From assembly GCA_026126025.1 (NCBI GenBank), contig JAHCJZ010000001.1:333937-397936 (forward strand): 64,000 nt of DNA, read 5' to 3'. The position numbers were made by a program, and so were the translations under genes. The stretch is from Bauldia sp. (GTDB lineage: Bacteria > Pseudomonadota > Alphaproteobacteria > Rhizobiales > Kaistiaceae). Within the stretch, counting starts at the first letter, position 1. Each line of letters begins with the position of its first letter. This document shows positions 1 to 9,159 of the stretch, one piece after another. Below the pieces are notes generated by a model that saw only the letters and a list, made by a program, of their open reading frames with translations, was not told the DNA's origin and ran no database searches.

Positions 1-114
1 GAGGAGCGCGGGAACCGTGATCAGCCCGCCGCCGCCCGCGATCGAATCGATGCCGCCGGCGACCAGCGCGGCAAGGGCGAGGAGGAGGACCGTCTCGGTC
101 GGAAGATCGAACAC
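1..114 (-). CDS. TSUP (TauE/SafE, YfcA-like) membrane transporter, N-terminal fragment running off the window
   Basis: Own minus-strand translation from GTG at 114 gives MFDLPTETVLLLALAALVAGGIDSIAGGGGLITVPALL. This is a hydrophobic helix followed by the GG-I-DS..GGGG..VP motif typical of TSUP permeases. It is absent from the ORF track because it has no stop in the window. Confidence 0.5.
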   Translation of the reverse strand, partial: MFDLPTETVLLLALAALVAGGIDSIAGGGGLITVPALL

Positions 115-167
115 CGCCCATCGTCCTGCGGGCAATTGCCGAGGTAAAGGGCACCGCACCCAACATC

Positions 168-247
168 CGCTCACTCCCGCGAAGGCGGGAGTCCATGCGG
201 CACGACCTGCATTTGCGGCTGGATTCCCGCCTGCGCGGGAATGAGCG
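168..247. repeat. Family B palindromic intergenic repeat, divergent copy
   Basis: cgctcactcccgcGAAGgcgggagtccat ... ctggattcccgcCTGCgcgggaatgagcg. It has the same two-arm hairpin architecture as the copies at 9160, 29458 and 39466, and it lies 3' of the NDUFA12-like gene. Confidence 0.55.
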
Positions 248-258
248 GTGATGTGGGC

Positions 259-639
259 CTACGGCACCCAGGGCTCGTAATCGCCGGTTACCTTGGGGCG
301 CTCGGCGGGGTTGAGGATCGAGCCCGGCGGACGGTAGGCGCGCGGCGTGCCGGTGAGGTTCGGCTGGTGCGGCTTCTCCCAGCTCCGGCGGCGGTAGTTG
401 CTGTCGGGCGGCGCGGTGTCGGTGGTGCGGTGCATCCACGCATGCCAGCCGGGCGGGATGGCGCTCGCCTCGGCGACGCCATTATAGATCACCCAGCGCC
501 GGTCGTTGCGCGGATCGCGATAATAGCGGTTGCCGGCCTCGTCGGTGCCAACGAGCTTGCCGCGGCGCCACGTATGGAACCGCGTGCCGAGCGTCTGCCC
601 GTTCCACCAAGTGAAGAACTGGAGAATGAACTGCTTCAT
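259..639 (-). CDS. NADH:ubiquinone oxidoreductase subunit NDUFA12-like protein
   Basis: 126 aa ORF: MKQFILQFFTWWNGQTLGTRFHTWRRGKLVGTDEAGNRYYRD...RRWVIYNG..EAS.IPP.WH.W.H. This is the characteristic NDUFA12 family pattern seen in alphaproteobacteria. Confidence 0.85.
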   Translation of the reverse strand: MKQFILQFFTWWNGQTLGTRFHTWRRGKLVGTDEAGNRYYRDPRNDRRWVIYNGVAEASAIPPGWHAWMHRTTDTAPPDSNYRRRSWEKPHQPNLTGTPRAYRPPGSILNPAERPKVTGDYEPWVP

Positions 640-694
640 CGCCTTCCCTCGGCAGGCTTATCGCCCGCCGAAGCGTCGCCGTAAAGCGGCAGGA

Positions 695-805
695 GGACGC
701 GGCTGGAGCATGATCCGAAAAAGTGGACGCCGGTTTTTCGAAGATCATGCTCCAACAAAGACATCGCGCTAGAGCGTGATTCGACCTGGTCGGATCACGC
801 TCTAG
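695..805. repeat. Family A double-hairpin intergenic repeat, copy 1
   Basis: ggagcatgatccgaaaaa-N11-tttttcgaagatcatgctcc followed by agagcgtgattcga-cctgg-tcggatcacgctct + ag. It is near-identical to 10610-10712, and its last bases (cta at 802-804) are the TAG stop of rne. Confidence 0.85.
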
Positions 806-3405
806 AAGAAGCCGCGCCGCTGCCACCAGCCGCCGCGCCGCGGCTTTGCCGGATCCTCGGCCTGCGGCGCAGGTGCGGGCGGCGGCGGCTCGGCCGGGCG
901 TTCTTCGACGATGGCCTCCGCCTCGCTATGGGAGACGGCTGGAATCGCGGGCTCGGCTTCCGCGGCCGGATCGGGCCGGAACGCCGGCTGCGTCGGCGCG
1001 CGGTCGGGAACGACCTCGTCCAGCACCGCCTCGATCTCCTGCGCGATGTCCTCGTGGCTCGGGATCTCGGTGGCCGCGGGCCGCTCCGGAAGCGCTGCAG
1101 CCTCGGCGCCGCGCCGCGAGCGACGCCCGCCGCGCCGTCCGCGACGGCGTCGGCGCGGATGGTCGCCGTTCTCGGCGGCGCCTTCGGCCTCCTCGGCGAC
1201 GCCCTCGGCGTCGTCCTCGCCCTCGTCGCCCTCGGCATCATCGGCCGTCTCGGCGCCTTCCTCGGGGCTGGTCATGGCCGGCGCGGCGACCCGTACCTCG
1301 CCATTGCCGCGGCCTTCGCCGCCGCGCCGCCGGCGGCGCCGGCGGCGGCCACGCCGCTCGCCTTCGCCGCCATCGGCATGCTCGGACGCGCGCTCGCCGT
1401 CGGCGATCTCCTCGTCCTCGACCACCTCGGCGTCTTCAAGCTCGTCCACGACGTCCTCGTCAGCGGGAAGCTCGGTCGGGATCACCGAGGTCGGACGGAT
1501 CGAGGCGGAGGCGGGGAGGCGGGTGCCGACCGGCTCGCCGCGCTCCAGCACGAAGTGCGCCGCCGTCGAGACGGTCTCGTCGGCCATGACGCTGATCGAG
1601 AGCCCGAAGCGCCGCTCGAGGTCCGAAAGGTGGGCGCGCTTCTGGTTGAGGACGTAGAGCGCGACCGCCGTGCGGGTGCGCACGATGAGGTCGTGGGTGA
1701 CGCCCTTGAGGAGGTGGTCCTCGATCGAGCGCAGCACGTGGAGCGCCACCGACGCGGCGGAACGCACCTGCCCCGTGCCGGCGCAATGCGGACAGACCTC
1801 GCTGGTCGACTCCAAGACGCCGGTGCGGATGCGCTGGCGCGACATTTCCATGAGGCCGAAATGCGAGATGCGGCCGACCTGGATGCGGGCGCGGTCGTTC
1901 CTGAGCGCGTCCTTCAGCCGGCGCTCGACGGAGCGGTTGTTGCGCCGCTCCTCCATGTCGATGAAGTCGATGACGATGAGGCCGGCAAGGTCGCGAAGCC
2001 GCAGCTGCCGCGCGATCTCGTCCGCCGCCTGGAGATTGGTCTGGTGCGCGGTGTCCTCGATATTGTGCTCGCGGGTCGAACGCCCGGAGTTCACGTCGAT
2101 CGAGACCAGCGCCTCGGTCTGGTTCATCACCAGATAGCCGCCCGAGGGCAGCGACACCTGCGGCGAGAACATCGCGTCGAGCTGGGCCTCGATGCCGTAG
2201 CGCCCGAAGATCGGCTGGACTTCCTTGTAGGGCTGGACGTTCTTGGCATGGCTCGGCATGAGCATGCGCATGAAGTCCTTGGCCTCGCGGTAGCCCTCGT
2301 CGCCGGCGACGAGGATCTCGTCGATGTCCTTGGTGTAGAGGTCGCGGATCGACCGCTTGATCAGGCTGCCTTCCTCGTAGACGAGGGTCGGCGCGGTGGA
2401 GCGCAGCGTCAGCTCGCGCACGCTCTCCCACAGCCGCAGCAGATACTCGAAATCGCGCCGCACCTCCGCCTTCGTCCGGCTCGCGCCGGCGGTGCGCAGG
2501 ATCACGCCCATGCCCTCGGGCACCTCCAGCTCGGTCGCGACTTCCTTCAGCCGCTTGCGGTCGACCGCATTGGTGATCTTCCGCGAGATGCCGCCGCCGC
2601 GCGCCGTGTTCGGCATCAGCACCGAGTAGCGGCCGGCGAGCGAGAGATAGGTGGTGAGGGCGGCGCCCTTGTTGCCGCGCTCTTCCTTGACGACCTGCAC
2701 CAGCAGGACCTGCCGGCGCCGGATCACCTCCTGGATCTTGTACTGCCGCACCCGCTGCTTGCGGCGCTCGGGGAGCTCTTCGAGCGCGTCGCCGCCGCCG
2801 ACGGATTCGACGACCTCTTCCTCTTCGACCTCGCCGTCATGGTGGTCGTCGTCCTCGGCGCCCGCTTCGGCCTCCGTAGCGGCCTCGCCGGCCGGCTCGG
2901 AGTCCTCCGCCGCTTCCGGATGCGGTTCGTCGCTCTCGGCGGCGTCCGCGACGGCATCCGCGACCAGCTCGGCCTGATCCGCGGCGTCGGGCGAGAGGGT
3001 CTCGGTCTCCGCCGTCTCGTCGACCGGCGCGCTGGAGACCGTCTCTTCCGCCGTGCGACGCTTCGGCGAGCGCCGGCGGCCGCGGCGCTCGGTTTCGGCG
3101 CGCTCTTCGTCGCGGGCCGCCTGTTCCTCGGCCTCGATCAGCGCCTGCCGGTCGGCGACCGGGATCTGGTAGTAGTCGGGGTGGATTTCCGAAAAGGCGA
3201 GGAAGCCGTGGCGGTTGCCGCCATAGTCCACGAAGGCCGCCTGGAGCGACGGCTCCACGCGGGTGACCTTCGCGAGATAGATGTTGCCGCGCAGCTGCTT
3301 GCGCGCGGCGGACTCGTAGTCAAAGTCCTCGATACGATTGGACCGCACCACCACGACCCGGGTCTCTTCCGGGTGGGAGGCGTCGATGAGCATCTTGTTG
3401 GCCAT
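802..3405 (-). CDS. rne: Ribonuclease E
   Basis: 867 aa ORF with N-terminus MANKMLIDASHPEETRVVVV..., an S1 region and KEERGNKGAALTTYLSLAGRY. It also has the DNase-I-like/Zn-link region CPHCAGTG and a long Arg/Glu/Pro-rich C-terminal tail. Confidence 0.95.
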   Translation of the reverse strand: MANKMLIDASHPEETRVVVVRSNRIEDFDYESAARKQLRGNIYLAKVTRVEPSLQAAFVDYGGNRHGFLAFSEIHPDYYQIPVADRQALIEAEEQAARDEERAETERRGRRRSPKRRTAEETVSSAPVDETAETETLSPDAADQAELVADAVADAAESDEPHPEAAEDSEPAGEAATEAEAGAEDDDHHDGEVEEEEVVESVGGGDALEELPERRKQRVRQYKIQEVIRRRQVLLVQVVKEERGNKGAALTTYLSLAGRYSVLMPNTARGGGISRKITNAVDRKRLKEVATELEVPEGMGVILRTAGASRTKAEVRRDFEYLLRLWESVRELTLRSTAPTLVYEEGSLIKRSIRDLYTKDIDEILVAGDEGYREAKDFMRMLMPSHAKNVQPYKEVQPIFGRYGIEAQLDAMFSPQVSLPSGGYLVMNQTEALVSIDVNSGRSTREHNIEDTAHQTNLQAADEIARQLRLRDLAGLIVIDFIDMEERRNNRSVERRLKDALRNDRARIQVGRISHFGLMEMSRQRIRTGVLESTSEVCPHCAGTGQVRSAASVALHVLRSIEDHLLKGVTHDLIVRTRTAVALYVLNQKRAHLSDLERRFGLSISVMADETVSTAAHFVLERGEPVGTRLPASASIRPTSVIPTELPADEDVVDELEDAEVVEDEEIADGERASEHADGGEGERRGRRRRRRRRGGEGRGNGEVRVAAPAMTSPEEGAETADDAEGDEGEDDAEGVAEEAEGAAENGDHPRRRRRGRRGGRRSRRGAEAAALPERPAATEIPSHEDIAQEIEAVLDEVVPDRAPTQPAFRPDPAAEAEPAIPAVSHSEAEAIVEERPAEPPPPAPAPQAEDPAKPRRGGWWQRRGFF

Positions 3406-3946
3406 GGGCTGTTCTTTCCGCGACCGGTCGCGGCGGGTCTGCGGCGGACGATGGTCCGCGCTTCCCTCGATTGGACCGGTCTGATGTTGGGTGTGAGAAG
3501 GGCTCGCCCGGGCCGCCGAACGTCGTGCCCCGGCGCCGGGTCGGCGCGGGTAGAGACGCTGCGGTCTGGATCGAGAATGACATGTGAGCCTTACGTCAAA
3601 GGCCGTTGGGGCCGCATCGGAGGCCGAAGCCTCGGGGTAGTTCCCGGGCAGGCAAGCCTTCAGCGGTCTTGTGCCCGGAAAATGGAGCGATCGCCGATCC
3701 GAAAGGGGGTGCGTTCCTCCATCAACCCTCTACGGCGCTGGCCCTGAAGGCCGCCTGCGCCAGAGCAGGGTTTTGGAGACTCGCCGCAACGCGGCTGGAA
3801 TCTCGCAGCGGCCCTTGTATGCGCCGCACCCGGCCTTGGCAAGGTTCCGCTGGCCACAATATGGGCATCAAGGCCCGGTTAACCAAGCGCGGGTTAACCA
3901 GACGGTAGACATCGTTTACGAGGGATTACCGTCCGCCATAGAGCGG

Positions 3947-5203
3947 GTGACTGGGGGAAGAGTGGGACGTCGAGGCGGCACCGGATTGGCGGTTTTCTGG
4001 GCGCTGGCGGCGCTCGCCGTCGCGGTTTTCGCCAACCCCGCGGCCGCCCAGTCCAACATTCCCGGCCTCAACGTCGTCACGGAAACCCGCCTCATCGGCG
4101 ACGCGACGCGGACCCGCTTCATCGCCGACCTCACCGACGAGATCGATCTCACCGTCTTTGCGCTGTCGGACCCCCACCGCATCGTCATCGATCTCCCCGA
4201 AGTGCATTTCCAGCTGGAGCAGGGGGTGGGCGACGAAGGCCGTGGACTCATCGAGGCTTATCGCTACGGGCTGATCTCGCGCGGCAAGTCCCGCATCGTC
4301 CTCGACCTGACCGGCCCGGTCCGGGTCGACGAGGCGTTTGTCCTTGCCCCGCTGGACGATCAGCCGGCGCGGCTGGTGGTGGACCTTGTCCCCGCCCCGC
4401 TCGACGAATTCCTGGCGGCCGCCGCCGAATATCGCGAGGCGATCGCGGCCGCGACCCCGGCGCGGGAGAATCCCTCGGTCGAGCTCTATGACAACTCCCG
4501 CGACGGGCGCGCGATGATCGTCATCGACCCGGGCCATGGCGGCATCGATGCCGGCGCGGTCGGCGCCGACGGCACGCTCGAAAAGGAGGTGGTGCTGGAG
4601 TTCGCCACGGTGCTGGCCGGGCAGCTGCGCGCCACCGGCCGCTACGAGGTGGCGATGACCCGCACCGGCGACACCTTCCCGAGCCTGACCGACCGCGTCG
4701 CCTTCGCCCGCGAGCGCCGCGCCGATCTCTTCCTGTCGATCCATGCCGACTGGCTGAACGACCGCTCGGTCCGCGGGACGGCCGTCTACACCGTGTCGGA
4801 GCGGGCGTCCGACGCGGTGACCGCCGCGCTCGCCAACAGCCAGAACCGCTCCGATCTTCTCGCCGGCGTCGAACTCGCCAACGCGCCGAACGAGGTCGCC
4901 GACATCCTCATCGACCTCGCGCGGCGCGAGACCAACAATTTCTCCATCCTGCTCGCCCGCGACCTCCTCGACAGCATCGACGACGTGACCACGCTGACCG
5001 GCAGCCCGCATCGCCAGGCGGGTTTCGTCGTGCTGACGGCGCCGGACGTTCCGTCCGCGTTGATCGAGCTCGGCTTCCTCTCCAACGCCGACGACGAGCG
5101 GAACCTCCTGTCGACCGAATGGCAGCGCCGCACGGCCGCCGCGATGGTGCAGGCGATTGACCGCTATTTCGCGACGCGGGTGGCGCGGCAGAGCGGCCCG
5201 TAG
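3947..5203 (+). CDS. amiC: N-acetylmuramoyl-L-alanine amidase (AmiC-like, AMIN domain + Amidase_3)
   Basis: Frame of ORF 3671-5203. GTG at 3947 precedes the signal peptide (GLAVFWALAALAVAVFANPAAAQ). It has an AMIN-like segment (RTRFIADLTDEIDLTVFALSDPHRIVIDLPEV) and an amidase_3 core (IVIDPGHGGIDAGAVG ... DLFLSIHAD ... ELGFLSN). The exact start is uncertain. Confidence 0.85.
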   Translation: MTGGRVGRRGGTGLAVFWALAALAVAVFANPAAAQSNIPGLNVVTETRLIGDATRTRFIADLTDEIDLTVFALSDPHRIVIDLPEVHFQLEQGVGDEGRGLIEAYRYGLISRGKSRIVLDLTGPVRVDEAFVLAPLDDQPARLVVDLVPAPLDEFLAAAAEYREAIAAATPARENPSVELYDNSRDGRAMIVIDPGHGGIDAGAVGADGTLEKEVVLEFATVLAGQLRATGRYEVAMTRTGDTFPSLTDRVAFARERRADLFLSIHADWLNDRSVRGTAVYTVSERASDAVTAALANSQNRSDLLAGVELANAPNEVADILIDLARRETNNFSILLARDLLDSIDDVTTLTGSPHRQAGFVVLTAPDVPSALIELGFLSNADDERNLLSTEWQRRTAAAMVQAIDRYFATRVARQSGP

Positions 5204-5407
5204 CTGTGACCCCGAGGGCACAAACGGTCGCCGCATTGAAAGCGCCTTGCCAGCGCCCCAGTTTTTTCACAAAACGGCGGGATCAGAAGCCCCTATGCCT
5301 GCGCGCGGCGAGGCTGGTGGGCCTCGCAGCCGGCCTTCGCGGCGATTTTTGACGCTGGTGGGAACATAGTAGGGAAGGCGGCGTAAGCTGCCTGGATTCG
5401 GGGCGCA

Positions 5408-7912
5408 ATGTTCCTTCGGCTGTTCGGCTATATCTTCGGGATCGGAGCCGTGCTCTTTCTGGCGATTGCAGCGGGTCTTGCCTGGTACATCTCCGACATC
5501 TCGGCCGATGTTCCTAGCTACGAGGTGCTGAACAACTACGAGCCGCCGGTGATGACGCGTTTTCACGCGTCGGACGGCCAGCTTATCGGCGAATATGCCC
5601 GGGAGCGCCGGCTCTATCTTCCGATAGAGGCGATCCCCGAGCGGCTGAAAGCCGCGTTTCTCTCGGCCGAGGACCGGAATTTCTATTCGCATGCCGGGCT
5701 TGACTATTACGGCATCGCCCGCGCCGCGTTCCAGAACGTCCAGGACCTCTTCACCGGCGGCGGGTCGACGCTGGTCGGCGCCTCGACGATCACCCAGCAG
5801 GTGGCGAAGAACTTCCTCCTCACCGCCGACCAGACCTGGGACCGCAAGGTGATGGAGGCGATCCTCGCCATCCGCATCGAGCAGGCCTTCACCAAGGACG
5901 AGATCCTCGAGCTCTACATGAACGAGAACAATCTCGGCATGGGGGCCTACGGCGTCGCGGCGGCGGCGCTGATCTACTTCAACAAGTCGGTGCAGGAGCT
6001 CACCATCGCGGAGTGCGCCTATATCGCCGCGCTCCTCAAAGGCCCCAACAACTACCACCCGTTCCGCAATACCGCGGCCGCGATCGAGCGCCGCAACTGG
6101 GTCATCGATCGCATGGTCGAGAACGGCTACGTCACCCCCGCCGAGGCCACCGCCGCCAAGGCCGAGCCGCTCGGCGTGGTGCCGCAGTCGGAGCGGCCGC
6201 GCGTCTTCGCCGCCGACTATTTCACCTCGCCCTACCAGTCCGTCATCGAGGGGCTCTACGCCGACACCATCGCCGAGATGGGCGGCGTGCCGGTCTCGAC
6301 CGCGGACTATTTCGTCGAGGAGGTGCGGCGCGAGCTGCTGGCGATGTATGGCGAGGACGAGCTCTATGGCGGCGGCCTGTCGGTCCGCACCTCGCTCGAC
6401 CCGCAGCTTCAGGTCGTCGCGCGCAACACGCTGATGGACGCCCTGGTCGCGTTCGACGAGCCGCGAGGCTGGCACGGCACGGTCGCCACGATCGAGATCG
6501 GCGACGACTGGGGCGTCGCGCTGGGCAACGTTACAAGGCTCTCCGACGTCTTCGAATGGCAGCTCGCGGTCATTCTCGAAATGACCGGCGAGGGCGCGCG
6601 GATCGGCCTTCAGCCCGCCCGCGCCCCCGCCGGCGGCTTCGTCGAGGAGCGCGTCACCGGCCTGATCCGTCCGGGCGACATGTCCTGGGCCGGCAGCGGC
6701 GCGGTCAGCGTCGGCGACGTGGTGTTCGTCGAGCCGTTGGGTGAGGGGAACTACCGCCTCCGCCAGACGCCGGCGCTCGAAGGTGGCCTCGTCGCGATGA
6801 ACCCACACACCGGCCGCGTCCTCGCAATGGTCGGCGGCTTCTCCTACTCGGCGAGCCAGTTCAACCGCGCCACCCAGGCGCAGCGCCAGCCGGGCTCGTC
6901 CTTCAAGCCGTTCGTCTATGCCGCAGCGCTCGACAATGGCTACACCCCGTCGTCAGTGGTCATGGACGCCCCGATCACGATTGCGCAGGGCGACGGCTCG
7001 TCCTGGACGCCGGAGAACTACTCGCAGCAATTCTACGGCCCCTCGACGCTGCGCACCGGCATCGAGCAGTCGCGGAACGTCATGACCGTCCGCCTCGCGC
7101 AGGACATGGGCATGCCGCTGGTCGCCGAATACGCCGAGCGCTTCGGCATCTATGACGACCTCCTGCCGGTGCTGGCGATGTCGCTCGGCTCCGGCGAGAC
7201 GACGCTGATGCGCATGGTGTCGGCCTATTCGGTGCTCGCCAATGGCGGACGCCGGGTGACGCCGACGCTGATCGACCGCGTCCAGGACCGCTACGGCAAC
7301 ACGATCTTCCAGCACGAGGAGCGGACCTGCGACGCGTGCCAGGCGGTGGCGTGGACCGGCCAGGACGAGCCCCTCATCGTCGACAACCGCGACCAGGTGC
7401 TCGACCCGATGACCGCCTACCAGATCACCTCGATGATGGAAGGCGTCGTCCAGCGCGGCACCGCCACGGTGGTGCGCGCGGTGAACCACCCGGTCGCCGG
7501 CAAGACCGGCACCACCAACGACTATCACGACGCCTGGTTCATCGGCTATTCGACCGACCTCGTGATCGGCGTCTATCTCGGCTACGACACCCCGCGCTCG
7601 CTCGGCTCCGGTAACACCGGCGGCACGCTCGCCGCGCCGATCTTCGCCGACGTGATGCGCGTCGCGCTTGCCGACGAGCCGCCGATGCCGTTCCCGGTGC
7701 CGCCCGGCATGTCGCTGATCCCGATCGACCGCACCACCGGCCTCCGGGTCGCCGGCGGCGAATCGGGCACCATCCTCGAGGCCTTCAAGCCCGGCACCAG
7801 CCCGCCCGACAACTACGCCATCATCGGCAATCTCGACGCGCTGGGGCAGCCCTTCGTCGTCGGGCCTGAAGCCGACCGCGCGGTGGTGCAGGGCCTCGGC
7901 GGCCTGTTCTAG
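5408..7912 (+). CDS. mrcA: Penicillin-binding protein 1A (bifunctional glycosyltransferase/transpeptidase)
   Basis: 834 aa with an N-terminal TM anchor. It has the GT51 motifs (EDRNFYSHAGLD, GASTITQQVAKN) and the transpeptidase motifs SSFKP, SRN and KTGTTND. Confidence 0.93.
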   Translation: MFLRLFGYIFGIGAVLFLAIAAGLAWYISDISADVPSYEVLNNYEPPVMTRFHASDGQLIGEYARERRLYLPIEAIPERLKAAFLSAEDRNFYSHAGLDYYGIARAAFQNVQDLFTGGGSTLVGASTITQQVAKNFLLTADQTWDRKVMEAILAIRIEQAFTKDEILELYMNENNLGMGAYGVAAAALIYFNKSVQELTIAECAYIAALLKGPNNYHPFRNTAAAIERRNWVIDRMVENGYVTPAEATAAKAEPLGVVPQSERPRVFAADYFTSPYQSVIEGLYADTIAEMGGVPVSTADYFVEEVRRELLAMYGEDELYGGGLSVRTSLDPQLQVVARNTLMDALVAFDEPRGWHGTVATIEIGDDWGVALGNVTRLSDVFEWQLAVILEMTGEGARIGLQPARAPAGGFVEERVTGLIRPGDMSWAGSGAVSVGDVVFVEPLGEGNYRLRQTPALEGGLVAMNPHTGRVLAMVGGFSYSASQFNRATQAQRQPGSSFKPFVYAAALDNGYTPSSVVMDAPITIAQGDGSSWTPENYSQQFYGPSTLRTGIEQSRNVMTVRLAQDMGMPLVAEYAERFGIYDDLLPVLAMSLGSGETTLMRMVSAYSVLANGGRRVTPTLIDRVQDRYGNTIFQHEERTCDACQAVAWTGQDEPLIVDNRDQVLDPMTAYQITSMMEGVVQRGTATVVRAVNHPVAGKTGTTNDYHDAWFIGYSTDLVIGVYLGYDTPRSLGSGNTGGTLAAPIFADVMRVALADEPPMPFPVPPGMSLIPIDRTTGLRVAGGESGTILEAFKPGTSPPDNYAIIGNLDALGQPFVVGPEADRAVVQGLGGLF

Positions 7913-8002
7913 CGCCCCGCGGGTCGCGACGGTTTACAGCGGCGGCCGCCGCCCCTATATCGCGCGCCTGCGCCGCGCTTCGCGGCGCCGTTCGGAGACG
8001 AC

Positions 8003-9134
8003 ATGCGCGCGGAAATCCAGGCGATCGCCGAAGAAATCCAGCAGGCCATGGGCCTGCTGAGGAGGCATCTTTGACTGGGATCGCGCCAAGGCCCGCCTCG
8101 CGGAGCTGAACGCCCGCGCCGAGGATCCGACGCTGTGGGACGATCCGCAGCGCGCGCAGAAGGTGATGCGCGAGCGGCAGCTTCTTGCCGACAATCTCGA
8201 AGCGGTCGAACGGCTCGATCGCGAGGTCGCCGACGCGCTCGGTCTGATCGAGCTCGGCGAGGCCGAGGACGATGCCGGCGTCGTCGCCGAGGCCGAAGCG
8301 TCCCTCCGCGCGCTCCTCGAGGAGGCGCAGCGCCGCCAGGTCGAGACGATGCTGTCCGGCGAAGCCGACGGCAACGACACCTATGTCGAGGTCCATGCCG
8401 GTGCCGGCGGCACCGAGAGCCAGGACTGGGCGGAGATGCTGCTGCGCATGTATGCCCGCTGGGCCGAGCAGCATCGCTTCAAGGTCGAGTATCTCGAAGA
8501 GGCGGCGGGCGAGGAAGCCGGGCTGAAGCGCGCCACCATCATGATCAAGGGCGCCAACGCCTATGGCTGGCTGAAGACCGAGTCCGGCGTCCACCGGCTG
8601 GTCCGCATTTCGCCCTTCGACAGCAACGCCCGCCGGCACACCTCCTTCGCCAGCGTCGGCGTCTTCCCGGTGGTCGACGATTCGATCGACATCGACATCA
8701 ACCCGGCCGACGTGCGCACCGACACCTATCGCGCGTCGGGCAAGGGCGGCCAGCACGTCAACACCACCGACTCCGCCGTGCGGCTGACCCACATCCCGAC
8801 CGGCATCGCGGTCGCGTGTCAGAGCGAGCGGTCGCAGCACAAGAACCGCGACACCGCGTGGAAGATGCTGAAGGCCCGCCTCTACGAGCTGGAGCTGGAA
8901 AAGCGCGAGGCGGTCGCCCAGGCCGAGAACTCGTCGAAGACCGCCATCGGCTGGGGTCACCAGATCCGGTCCTACGTGCTCCAGCCCTATCAGCTGGTGA
9001 AGGACCTGCGCACCGGCACCGAAAGCACCAGCCCGTCGAGCGTGTTGGACGGCGACATTGATTCGTTCCTCGAAGCCGCTTTGGCCCAGCGCGTCGGCGG
9101 CGGCGCCGTCGCGCCGATCGCCGATCTCGACTAG
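8003..9134 (+). CDS. prfB: Peptide chain release factor 2, requires programmed +1 frameshift at 8069-8075
   Basis: A short frame-0 ORF runs from ATG 8003 ([23 protein letters not shown]) and ends at CTT TGA C (8069-8075). The +1 frame continues [24 protein letters not shown]... into ORF 8163-9134. That ORF carries the SPF and GGQ ([16 protein letters not shown]) motifs. Confidence 0.93.
8060..8075 (+). promoter_or_regulatory. prfB autoregulatory +1 frameshift site (internal SD-like AGGAGG, 3-nt spacer, CUU UGA C)
   Basis: AGGAGG at 8060-8065, cat, CTT 8069-8071, TGA 8072-8074, C 8075. This matches the classical RF2 recoding signal. Confidence 0.9.
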
Positions 9135-9159
9135 GGCGCGGACACCACCCACCCAACCC

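Noticed and set aside
482-826. ORFs reading through the intergenic repeats, for example 482-826, 10572-11279, 17-244, 9058-9243 and 39469-39705.
   Set aside because: Their only conserved-looking segments (..LERDPTRSN..CLCWSMI.., ..PAKAGVQ.., ..LDSGLRRE..) are translations of the repeat elements themselves. The same peptides recur wherever the DNA repeat recurs.
928-3747. 939-aa plus-strand ORF antisense to rne. Similar very long antisense ORFs occur at 5267-6808, 7821-9194, 40308-42737, 42515-44455, 47703-50543, 53188-55143, 55666-57417 and 61284-63527.
   Set aside because: These are typical stop-free antisense frames of a very GC-rich genome. The translations are Arg/Gly/Ala/Asp/His-rich low complexity with no motif I recognise. 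In every case the opposite strand carries an unmistakable conserved gene (rne, mrcA, prfB, ligase, asnB, ompA-like, PQQ-DH, slt, spoT).
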